Of a stretch of DNA of 64,000 nucleotides, positions 25,301 through 37,600 are shown piece after piece. Source of the stretch: Antedon mediterranea (taxonomy: Eukaryota > Animalia > Echinodermata). The translations under genes and the position numbers were made by a program. How positions within the stretch are numbered: the stretch's first letter is position 1; each line of letters begins with the position of its first letter. Below the pieces are notes generated by a model. The model was given only the letters and a program-made list of their open reading frames with translations, was not told the DNA's origin and made no database searches. Location: positions 40,744,304 to 40,808,303 of the forward strand of contig NC_092671.1 of the NCBI RefSeq assembly GCF_964355755.1. Direction: 5' to 3'.

Positions 25301-28300
25301 GATATTCTTACCTTTGACCTCTGACCGCTTTCATGGTCACATTTTCTGTAATTGGTTGTCCGCTTTGGCGATTATATTTGCAATGGTCTTCGTGTACATT
25401 AAATGATGGTTCTGAGGAACAATGTGATTTTTTAGTTGGTATTATTTCAACCCTGAATTGTACTGGGACTTTACTTTGAAATTGTCCTTCTTTTCTTGCT
25501 TCTATCATAACGGTTAGTTGATGATTTCCTTTATTCGTTCCATCAAACTTCAGTTTACATTTTGTCTGTAAAATATCATTTTATTAAAGGCTTTAGGCGA
25601 CCTACTAGGACACTTAAAAAACTGAGGCAGAAAATCGTCTATAACAGGTACATACTTATGTTGTGCCTGTTTTGGTCTGTTAGTAATTCATAATATTGAT
25701 TGATCATCTTGGTCTTGGTCAGTCTTTTTTTTTTAGGTTTGTCTGAAATATATCATCAGACCTGATATATGTTTGTCTTAATCTCAATGTTAAGAAACTA
25801 ATGTTATCAATAACATTTGATTGATATGTCAACATGTAGGCCTATTCATAGTTTAGTAGAATTATTTTCATTGTTTTCCTTTCGCTTACCAATGTTGCAC
25901 CTCTTGGAGGTTCACACGATGGCAGGACATTCGCAAACATATCATTGCTAGGAACGCATTCCCCGTGTGTTAGAGAAGGCCATCGACATTCGAAGTCATG
26001 GTCATCGTCATGAACTAATAATGATTGAAATAATGCATTTTAGTTTAAAAATCGTCTTTAAAAAAACCCAGACAATGATACAATGATGAATAGGAATAAT
26101 CTGTATTTAGGGTATTTTGTGAGATTCAAGAAACTTTATCCTGAATTTTTCACTCAATAAGTATAGTAGAGGCTTAACTAACAAATCGTTATTTCAACAA
26201 GTGGTTGTTGGTTCATGATTTTATGCAACGCGACTCTACAGCTCACTATGTCGGTCGGTTGGTCGGTAAACACTAACTTGAGCACGTGACTGCAGCCATG
26301 TATATGGCCTGGTTCTGAAGCAAGACTACTAGTATTAGATCAGAATTTTATTTAAAGTATAACGTTGGCCTGCATTACAGTCATAATTAAGATATAAAGC
26401 AAAATGTACAAAACGTACTTGGTATATCAATGTTTCGATGGCAGCTCGGGCGAAAAGGTACAACTGGGTTCATGTAAGACACTGGTGAATGGTTGCCAGA
26501 TGAAGATGTAACATTGCCGGATATATACACTGCCCATTTAGACATTTGTGGCTCCTTCAATCTCTTGAATGGACTCATGCACCTTTCCGCTAAACTAAAA
26601 TAAAATACGTTCAACAGAGACAGACAGATGTCTAATCAGGAAGAGTGAAAGTAAGTGTAATCTCACTCTTCCCTGGTCTAATAAAGCATCGTAACTAAAA
26701 TCATTGATTTTTGCTTATTTCCTATACCTCATTGTAATGTTTTTATCCCAAAAGGATGTATCTATTAACTTTGGTTATTTATCATGATTGTATGCCTATT
26801 GGTGTTAAATATTATATGGTTAGTGTGCCACTTTTTTCAAAAGTGTACCTTCCAAATAAATTATTATTAAATTATTATCATATTCACGGTGGTCAGACAC
26901 GATCAGTACTGACAGGTGTTTTAACTATAACGGTGTCCACTTTAATTTTAGTTGTTAAATTCAGCGTACAAGTGTAATACTGTATTGTTATATTTCGGAA
27001 GTATCTGATAATTGAGCAGGTAATGACACAACTCGTTACGGACTTTGAACAAAAGCCAGTTATCACTGATATTGTAATTTGATTATGATAGAATTAAAAG
27101 CTTCTAATTCCCATGTTAACATATTTAGTATTTGGGAGCCTAAACAAAATGACAAAATGATGAGTTATTGTTTAAACCAAGATGAAAACATTGATGGCTA
27201 ATGGACGCTAAAATAGATTAAGAAATTAGAACCATTTTACTCCTCGTGTTCGTGGGGTAACACCCACCAGTTTTCATAAGTTGTCATTAATTAATGTAAT
27301 CATGTTTATCACGTTTAGTTTTTTAAATTAGAATGTTAAGACCCAGTGAACATAGAACCAAATCCTATTTAATTTGAGAAGTTTCGCATGGTGAACCATT
27401 ATTAATGTGCAATATCTTTAGTATTCCTGCAGTGGTTTAAACGATTTTGTGATTGAAATAATTGTAACTTACTAAAAATGGAATTCCAATTTCTTAAGTG
27501 AAACCTTGGTGGCTCCCTGTCCCACTGTCCATTCTCTGTATGGATTGTACTTGAGATTTTGAAACTGCAACACAGCTATTTGTTTTGATGTTTTAAAATC
27601 ACACACATAAATGTCGCCTTCTTGACGTTTAGTTCCCTTTCCTGAAAAGTCTTGTTTCGTACTTCCACCTTCCCATTGTAAACGGTACATTATTTTTACC
27701 TGTTGTGTTGAAAGAGAACATTCTTTCACTTTATACACTAACACGGTTTAATTTATAGAAACATAACATCGTATTGGAAGCTAATTAAATTATTATTTAA
27801 ATTAATATAATAAAAGATGAAAAACAAAAACATAATTAAAACGTTACTTAATAATACAAATACAATGAATTTAAATAGATCAGGGAGAGTTAAGACCACC
27901 ACGATCAAATAATAATAATAATAATAGATCAGGGAGAGTTAAGACCATCACGATCAAATAATTCACGTTCCAAATGCTATTCATATTTTTAATTCACGAT
28001 TTAAGAGAAGTTTGTAATTCCGATGCCTTCACTATTCATACCTGGACAGTATATTATAAATTTTGTGTGTAATTTGTTTTATAAGTATTTTAAATATGTT
28101 TTATATGGTCTTTTTATATTTATATTCTTTCTATTCTATTTTAGACAATTTACATAATGTAATTTTACTTATTTTATGACGAATAAAATGTTATCTATCT
28201 ATCTACATAATTAACTATACCTTTTTGTTGGCTATTTGTTTCCAATAAACATGTGCTCCAACTATTTCACTTGTAATACAGCTAACGTACACCATTACAG

Positions 28301-28346
28301 TAAGAAATGCTAAATAAAAAACCGCTCCACTCCATTTATTTGCCAT
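22396..28346 (-). CDS. Secreted protein of about 495 aa, paralog of the N-terminal half of the neighbouring EGF-ZP gene
   Basis: Exons: 28346-28221, 27699-27473, 26594-26419, 26014-25890, 25565-25312, 24419-24255, 24103-24063, 23284-23208, 22791-22396; all GT-AG and phases close. Signal peptide MANKWSGAVFYLAFLTVMVYVSC; motifs NHSPV, CRWP..GEC, CKLKFDG, VPVQFRV, PTGM. Confidence 0.85.
22851..23165 (+). mobile_element. tRNA-derived SINE with CORE-like body and L2-like tail
   Basis: A box TGGCGCAGTG, B box GGTTCGAATCC, body TATCCTTAGGCAAGATACTT...CCACCCAGGTGTATAAATGGGTACC, tail GGCGCTATATAAAT..(ATT)n. Confidence 0.8.
23295..23559. repeat. 23-27-bp minisatellite, about 11 copies, abutting a minus-strand acceptor
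   Basis: TACATTAACAATACGGTATATAA variants; ends about 10 nt from the exon boundary at 23284. Confidence 0.9.
26219..26315 (+). mobile_element. Short dispersed element, possibly Helentron/DINE-like
   Basis: ACGCGACTCTACAGCTCACTATGTCGGTCGGTTGGTC...CCATGTATA; near-identical copy at 30460-30567. Confidence 0.6.
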
Positions 28347-29253
28347 GATTTTTATTTTATCGAATGTAGTAAATCCTATGAAATAAAAACTTGTATACGC
28401 TTAACTATGATGAGTCCTTATAATGGTTTCAGTCGCATCGACGCGCGAGGTTCACTTCAACACTGTTGTGACGTCATTGAATGTTTAAACTTTAATTGGC
28501 TAATGTACGTTAGTTTCCACAGATTCACCAGAGACAACAATACTCTATACTATATTTTAAATATATTTAACCGTATGATCCTCAACTTAAAGCAATTATT
28601 TGTCGATCCATTGTTTTACAAGAAAGAAGGTATACTAAAATAGTTAGTTTTGTTTTGTGCAATATTTTAGTTTGTGTACATTAATATTATTAAAGTTCAG
28701 CTCCATATTGCAAAAATATGAAATTAAATGTTTAATTCTGTCGAATATAAAAAGTAACATAATAATAGGTGTATAAAAGTGACGGGTTTTGATAAAACAG
28801 ATATGAAATTAAATAGAATAATATTATGTACAAATAGTAGGGCCTAATAAATATGATATTAAGTAGGAGACGGTATGGCTAAACGACTTAGATCACCGCA
28901 TTAAAATAGATTATAAATTGTATATACTCCATGGATTCCCTTCGGACTTGGAATAAATGGAAAAGTTGGTTTTAATGGAGATTGTGGTTTAATTCAAATT
29001 CATGATAACGCGGGTTAACATTTTGAGATAATTTTGATATTTTAATTTTTTGGTACGATATCTTTTTTTTTTATCTTTGTACTAGATAGACTAGATAGTC
29101 ACATACTATATACATTAATTGCAATGAGTTGGATAATAAAATTTAAATTACTTGAAAACCGTAAGCTATAACAATATTAAGATTCGGGTAGAAACCCCTC
29201 TTTGGGATACTTTAACACTACGAGGAACCTATAAAATATTTCTCCATCACATT

Positions 29254-29565
29254 AGTGAGTGAGTGGCCGAGCGGTTAGTGAGTGAGTGGCCGAGCGGTTA
29301 AGACAGTGGAACCGTAATTACGTAGCCATAACATCGGCAAGGGTCCGTGGCTCACTCACTCCATTGTTCTGGTGGTAGAACGAGTCTTCTCGGATAAGGA
29401 CTATAAACCGTAGGTCCAGTGTACCTCGTGTTTAAAGAACCCAGTAGACCTTTCGAGACGAGACGAGGGGGTTACCCCGGTGTATTAGTACATCACAGCC
29501 ACTGATCACCAACTGGGCCCTCTGGGAGACCAGTCTTTGACTGAAGAGGTCGCCCCGTATAAAAT
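29254..29565 (+). mobile_element. Deu/Nin-like SINE copy with duplicated 5' head
   Basis: Near-identical to 3308-3612; TAGTGAGTGAGTGGCCGAGCGGT occurs twice in tandem. Confidence 0.85.
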
Positions 29566-29811
29566 TAAACAAACACAAAAAGACCAAAATAAGTTTAATA
29601 ATAATTATTATGGTAATATAATTTTGTTTAAATGGATCTTCAATACGATACTGTAACAATATAGATAACACCCTTGTACCAATCAGTAACCGATTCAGAG
29701 TTTCAAATAAGGGGACTGAGCCTAAAAATTAAAGTGCTAAAGTTAACAATCATCAACCCCACATCGGCCTATCTCAAAAATGTTTCAAATCTGACCACAT
29801 GTATATTTTGT

Positions 29812-30102
29812 CCGGTCTGTTGAATTATAGACCTAGAGGTAATGGACTGACCAATGTAACCGGTCTGTTGAATTATAGACCTAGAGGTAATGGACTGACC
29901 AATGTAACCGGTCTGTTGAATTATAGACCTAGAGGTAATGGACTGACCAATGTAACCGGTCTGTTGAATTATAGACCTAGAGGTAATGGACTGACCAATG
30001 TAACCGGTCTGTTGAATTATAGACCTAGAGGTAATGGACTGACCAATGTAACCGGTCTGTTGAATTATAGACCTAGAGGTAATGGACTGACCAATGTAAC
30101 CG
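29812..30102. repeat. 48-bp perfect tandem repeat, 6 copies
   Basis: Unit CCGGTCTGTTGAATTATAGACCTAGAGGTAATGGACTGACCAATGTAA. Confidence 0.97.
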
Positions 30103-30459
30103 CAACAAGTTTTTTTTTTCAATTACAGGTATTTTTCATTTTGTTACATTCATTTTTGTTTTTCCCGTGGAAACACCTATTCAGGGAACATTACTCTTAA
30201 GGGGACAATTTGTTGTACTTTATCGTCATTCACTTTACCACTATGAACATTAATCATGATTTTAATTAGGTGCTTTAGGAGAGGGAGTTTTGAATTTAGT
30301 TGATTTGGCAAAGGTGTGCTATATTTTTTAAATTTTATTTCCAAACCAAACCAACAGCAAAAAGAAATTCGCCAATAACAGGAGGGTAAATATAGTAATA
30401 ATTTAAACAAGTAAAGGCCTCATTCTGAAGTACCAAAATGTACCATAATCAACAATCCG

Positions 30460-30567
30460 TTTTTAGTCGCGTGCGTGCAACGCGACTCTACAGCTCACTA
30501 TGTCGGTCGGTTGGTCAGTCAACACTAACTTGAGCACGCGACTGAAGCCATGTATACTGCCTTGTTT
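30460..30567 (+). mobile_element. Second copy of the short dispersed element
   Basis: T-rich start, inverted AGTCGCGT/ACGCGACT, (GTCG)n tract, ends CCTTGTT. Confidence 0.6.
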
Positions 30568-31605
30568 AGAATAATTAAGGTCATATCATGTCAGGTCGTG
30601 AAATATCAAAACACATCATTGTCTAATTCTGCTTGACTTAGGCTATATACATTATTTTATTTATTAATACAACAATGGAATAATATTAAACTATACATAT
30701 TTAATGTAAAATTACCGATCAACCTGATTGTAATAAAAATATTTTATAATAAAATCGTATAATAAAGTTGTTGGCATAACATATTTTGTTAAAAAATATT
30801 ATTATTAAATAAATTAATGAACTTCGTAGTACGTTATGTAAGCTAACGATATTTGTTTTTCTGGCATAAGATTACTCGGTTCTAATGCAGTCAAAAGTGG
30901 ATCTCCTGCATAATACACATGTAATTACGATATATCTTTTAATTAACTTTTAACCAACTTTCCTTTATAATGATTGACACTCTACTGCTGCAGCTCTCAC
31001 TGTATTATGCTCGTCTGTCACGTTAAACCTACCCAATAAATTAGCGATGATCACAGGCCCTCATGGGATTGTAACATATGCTTTGTTCCCGGTTTATACC
31101 CAATGTATAGGACGTGTCCATGTTCATCATCATGTTTTATATACATCGATTATGTCAATATTTCAAACGTTTTTTTAAATCCACTTTTGGTATTTATACG
31201 CATGGTTTATACAATGTTCTACATTAAGATAAAGCCATTATAAAAAAAGCATAACTTATTCATACAAAACTTAGTATGTCTATTAATTAACTTAGGTTTG
31301 CCAATTACTGCCATCAATGTATCAAACAGTATTCTAAATAGACATCTGAACAACAATCCTTCGTGTATTAAAACAATTTATATTTTATTACACACTTTGA
31401 CTAATGGAACACAGTTATGACGACACACTTGACGTAATCTGTATGTATTTCATAGAAGGCACATGTTATCATCTATTAATATCTCATATCAACTAGTTTC
31501 CCTTTGGGAATCAATATAACAATATACACATATTATAAATAACTATTATAAAACAACATTGCCTCATGTACTCATACTTTATTATTACGTATTGTCTTTT
31601 CATTT

Positions 31606-34600
31606 TCATGATTTGTCGCTTTCGACATATTTCATTGTCGATTTTCTAATGTAAACATTACCAATTAAAAGTAATCCAACGATGACAGCAACGAGGAATA
31701 CAATTGTGAGCGAGAGACCAAACACAACTGCACTACTGGATGAGTCTTTAGTATCTGCAATGAAAACAAAATACAAATTAGTCATATTGTTTTAATGTAC
31801 AAACTATTTCTCTCTCATAATTCGGTAGCGCGAATCGCGTTCCAATGTCACTTTTTTCATTCATCAACATTTTCTCTGTCCAGAGCTGATGTGTTAATAC
31901 ATAAAATACACGAATCAGCGTCACATTTTATACAAATGATAAAAATATTCAAAATTAAATTTTAAAATTAAAATGTAGCACAAAACTCTGATAGCAAATT
32001 CCAAAAGAAACGTATTCCCATTGGGATCCTGCTCAATGATAAAATTGCACAAACAAAAACATTATACAAATTCAAAGTTATCAAAAAACATTAATTATTA
32101 AATTCATTATAATAATGTAACAAAATGTACCCACAGTAATTCAGAATTGTCAAGAACATTTGGAATCTTTTTTTATAATATTATAGGCCTAAATCATTAT
32201 TTATCAATTAAATACATTGTTTTACCTTTAATATTTCTCTTGAGCCTTATACCTCCTCTTGATTTCAGTGTTTTATCTGTATCCAGTTGTACTGACCGTT
32301 TCTGTATTTTAGGTCCAGTATTCTCTTGACCTGAACAGTCTGGTACGCATGTGCTACTAACATTCTTCATATCACATAGTTTTACTTGGCAGTGTATGTA
32401 CACCTATTTTCATTAGATAATTAAAACATAAGATATTAAATATGAAATAAGATAGCTAATACAATGTAAAATTCATTTTAAATATTGCATTATTAATGCT
32501 TGGTTCCCACTAGAGACGCAACACAACGACGTAACGCAATGTAAGGGATTTGACCAATCACAAGCGATGGATTTATTCGACTGTCATTTTGTCAACTCGT
32601 TTGCGTCCTTGCGTTACGTCCTAGTGGGAACCAAGCATCAAGCATAGCCAAGTAAACATGTACATACCATAGCTTCTACATCGAAGTCTACAAACGATAG
32701 TGCTTCGATTGAGAAACGGACTTCTGTTGTTGAAGGTGATGTATGAAACTGTAACGTTGGATCAAGGCTGCATCTGAAATTGTATAATTTAAATCATTAT
32801 AACTTTGCGTTACCTACCAACGCATTCTCTTAATTTGAATACCATACGTGTTATTGCCTTGTGACATGAAATTCGCAATAATAACGACACAAAGTTAATA
32901 TATGCGCGCGGATGACAGTGAAATTCATTCTGCATTGCCATTATTAATACATTTCAAACTTACCCATTTGAATTTTAATGTGAATAAAAGTGGTGTTTAC
33001 GCCACAAAAGAGAAGAAAAAACATACCCATTTTCAATGAAAGTGTATGTTGCAGATGCTTCTTTAGTAGACGATGGGCACGCTACACATGTTTCAATAAA
33101 CAGCTGTAACTGTGGTCGAGAGAATAATCGGGTTCCAAAATATATCCGATCATTGACTGCGATATCTGCCGGAAATTCATCTTTGGTATATCGGTATGAA
33201 GAATCGCGGTACATATTCAAGCCAAAATCTAAGTTTCCATAACCTCTCTCGTTAACAATTACATTATCTACTTGCGGAATGTAATTGACTGATATGTCTG
33301 CATTGCTTCCCATAATGCACTCGATATGGATTGCACTCGGCAGTGAAATTCCGTTTTTCTTAGGTTCGTGTCGCAGATGAACTTCATTTCGGAATATGAC
33401 ATGTGTTCCCTTTTCCTGTAGATTAAATAATTTATAAACATTTTATATTTGTAATGTTCTCAGAAAGTGCACTTCATTAAAACTGGTAAAGCGTGGTTCC
33501 CACTAGAACGCAACGCAGTGACGTATTGACGCAACGTGATGTATTGCGTAATCAGAAGTGGGAACCGACGACGCAACAGTGCTGCAAAAATCGCAGGTTT
33601 TATTTCACGCAGGCGGGGACAAACACAATTATTGGAAGAGCATTGTTTACGTTGCGTAGGTTGTGTTACGTTGCGTCGCTAGTGGGAACCACGTTAGAAT
33701 CCAACTTACATCAGCTACTGTTCCACACTTCCCATATGCTGTTCCGATACTGATGTGCGTCGCATTGTGACGCGTTCCAACGCAACTTAAGTCCGTGAGC
33801 GTGACCTCTTGAGGGATTAAATCACCAACAAATATCTTTGAAATATAAATAATCATATACGTCTCCATACAATGAGCTTCAGCAGCATGAACCTCGCCAC
33901 TAGGTGGAGTTGCATGTACCACTCCAGGCTCCTGTAGTTCTGCAGCCAGTACGTCTCCATAACCAGTGATTACATCTAGTAAGAAATGTGTAAAGCGTTA
34001 GTGTCCAATAATCTACTATTGTTATAGGCGTGTTTTAACAGTATTTATAATATTATACCTAAAGCATTGAATATAATGTGTAGGTGTACTTACAGGATTC
34101 ACAATGTCGACCAGTGCGGTAGTATGGGCAAATACATTCAAATCCATTCGGCCTATCTTTACATACTCCTTCATACATACATGGGTTAGACAAACATTCA
34201 TCAAGGTCTAAAACGAAAAGACAAACATAATGTGTTATTGTCACTCCTATTCTATACAATAACAATGATTGTTCATCCTAAACTCTTTATTCAAATAGGC
34301 CTCTTCAAATGTCTACGCTACGCACAATCAGTGAATAATAATCAAAGCATTACCAGTTTCACAGTTTGGTCCCTCAAATCCAGGTGCACATACACAGGAA
34401 TATGAATGTACTTGGTTTACACAAATAGCTCCATTTTGACACGGTTCAGACGTACATTCATCAACATCTGTAATAATACAAGTATGTTTAGATTCATACA
34501 GTAGAATCATTAGCTGTATAGGTGATTTCATTTAAGTTTTTTGTGAAGCACTTTTTGTTCAATAACCAAGCACTTACCAGTCTCGCATGCAGCTCCAGTG

Positions 34601-37600
34601 TACCCCATCATACAGTGACATACAAAACCATTGACCAGGTCCGTACACGTCCCTCCATGCTTACACACATTGTTAGAACATTCGTTAATATCTACAAAAA
34701 TAACTTTATTTAATATCGATATCCGTATATCAAAATGGGAAGTCTATTGATTTTATCTGAATTAAAGGATGGCGAGGCATTTTCCCCTTTTCTACAATTA
34801 AGGCTTCCTCTTTTCAACATTCATAATTGAATACAGTAAACACTGTGCGTCACGTACGTGTATCAGCATTATTGCGTCATTCCCGTTCAATTTACGCAAG
34901 TGGCCATCTATGGAGTTTCATTACATGGTATCCCTTCCTTTTATGAGTATATGCGAAAATCTATCCATGGTTTTATGCAACGTATGTTGAATAGTTGTAA
35001 TATTCTTGTTGCTTGTGTTTGCAAACATGTGCTCCATAACTCAAAAATGTATTGTAGATAAAGAAGTATCCTATATTTTTAAGCTTAGAGTTTGCGAATT
35101 TTCTTTTTCTTTTCCGCTTGTACGTTTATTGATATATGGATGAATTTTCCGAAATAAATTAAATTACCTGATTCACAAAATTCTCCCTCGTAACCCGCGC
35201 CACACTCGCAAGTGACGCCACCAATCTTATCTGTGCAGGTAGCACCATTTAAGCAAGGAGTGGATACGCAGTCGTCTTCATCTGGAAAATCAATGAACAT
35301 TTTTGTCAATTAACTCAAATGTGTATAATATAATTATTTGTTTATATAATGTGATTTCCTTCTACCGTTTCTATAAAAGTATGTTGTACTTACTTAATTC
35401 ACAATTCTTTCCAGTGAACCCAGAGTGACAGTTACACTCATAACTTCCAAACGTATTGACACATGTACCTCCATGTTCACATGGTGATAAGTAACATTCA
35501 TTTCGATCTGTTGATAAAACAATATCCATTGTTTAAAGTCGGTTGTTATGCTATAATACAGTTTGACAATTTATTGTTCAAAACCATTTAATTACACAAG
35601 AGTGTGGATGACCAGATCCACTACAGTTATTATTGCCTTACGACATCCATTACATTTGTCCCATCTTTAAGCAGTCAATATCTGTACAACAGTTAGTATC
35701 TATAAAACATCGACTTACCATTCTGGCACAGCTTGCCTTTAAATCCATAATCACATTTGCATTTGAAAGAGTTCAATTTATCAATGCACTGCCCTGAGTT
35801 CTGACAAGGATTTGATTCACACTCATTGATTTCTATAAAATTTACATATAGATACTTTAATACATATAAAATGAATACACATAAATACTTGTATCGTACA
35901 TTTTGTTGTGATATGGAATAAATATATGTATATACAGTATTAAACCTTGTATTTACCTATTTCGCAGTTAGGCTGGGCATATCCTTTAATACACTGACAA
36001 AAAAATCCATTAATTTCGTCTGAACATTTACCTCCATTCAGGCATGGAGAAGAATCGCACTCATTTATATCTGTTAATTTTGAGAATAAAACGTTCATGT
36101 TTAGGGAAAACACCATAGTACTTAACTTGTAGGATGTTTAAAATAACGAGCTTTGGTTAACTTTAATTCAACATCAAGGCAATGTAATTTACAGTAATCA
36201 TGTTCTTACTTGTTTCGCAATGGTAACCGCTAAATCCAGGTACACATTGACATTGGTAGTGATATTCCTTGTCGATACAACTAGCCCCATTTTTACACGG
36301 TGCTGAAGCGCATTCATCAACGTCTAAACGAAATTAAAACACAAACTTTTGTAACCTAAATAGATTCTATATAATTTGTCATGCACTTAGACTTTCAATC
36401 GCTTCTTTTAAAAATTGACTTTAACTTTAATACGGTAATTAATGAGTAATATTAACAAAAGTGTTTTTCTTCTGTAGGCGTTATATAACAAACATTCCAA
36501 TATACAGTATTGGTATCATGTCATTCAAGTGTTTAACAAGACACACGCTTGTTTGCCGTCTAAGAGGCGGCACCTTTTATTCAGTGAAGCAAACACAAAA
36601 CGCTGGATAGCGTACTGTTGAAGAGAAATGGACCTGAACGAATCCCTTGGTTGTAATTGTATTGATGTATGACAAACTATTCCGACAATTGTCAATATTA
36701 ATTACAGTATTATATTAATTATTTCAGTAAAAAATTTATAATTTCTGTTATTATTTGTATTTGGCCCACGTATTTAGCACTTTCGGTTACTCTCTAGATT
36801 TGATTCATAATACTATAAATAAAAACACAAATACTAACCAATTTCACACAAATCTCCGTCATACCCGGCATTGCAAAAACACATAAAAGCTCCCGGAAGA
36901 TCCACGCAATAACCATTTTCACATGGACTTGAGTCACATTCGTTCACTTCTGATTTGAGAAAAAAATTATTTATTAATGATTTCTTTTTTTCAATTTAAA
37001 TCCTTTAATGGCATGGTCCATATTGTTTTATCAAAAACATTTGGAAATACAGTTATTTCACAGTCTTTCTAACGTAATATGACTCTTCCCCCACATGATT
37101 ACTTCATTGCATTTATTATCCTGTATGTATGTTATTATTGTGGAAATAAATGAAATTAAATTGAAAATTTAAATTATATAAATATAAAAATGATTACAAA
37201 CCAGATTCACAGAGTGGGCCAATAAATCCGTCAGTGCATTTACATTCAAAGCTATCAACTCGATCAATACAACTAGCTCCATGTAAACACGGAAGTGACC
37301 AACATTCGTCATTTTCTAAAAGAACAACAATCAATACCTTATGTTAAAAGTATTCAACGATAAAGTTCATAACCTATTTAATATAATTGTAAATAGATTT
37401 AATTGTAAACATATTGTATAATGTACTTTTATTTTGCTTTGGCGGTTTCGAACTTGGTAAATTTATTTTTTTTTTAAAGAACAAGCAAGTAACGTACAGT
37501 ATTTAGGTTTATAGCTTATCTTTGGTTGTCCTCACCTGTACAGTATTTAGTTTATAGCTTATCTTTGGTTGTCCTTACCTGTACAGTATTTAGTTTATAG

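Noticed and set aside
29769-30200. Overlapping 117-aa and 133-aa ORFs
   Set aside because: Products of the 48-bp tandem repeat.
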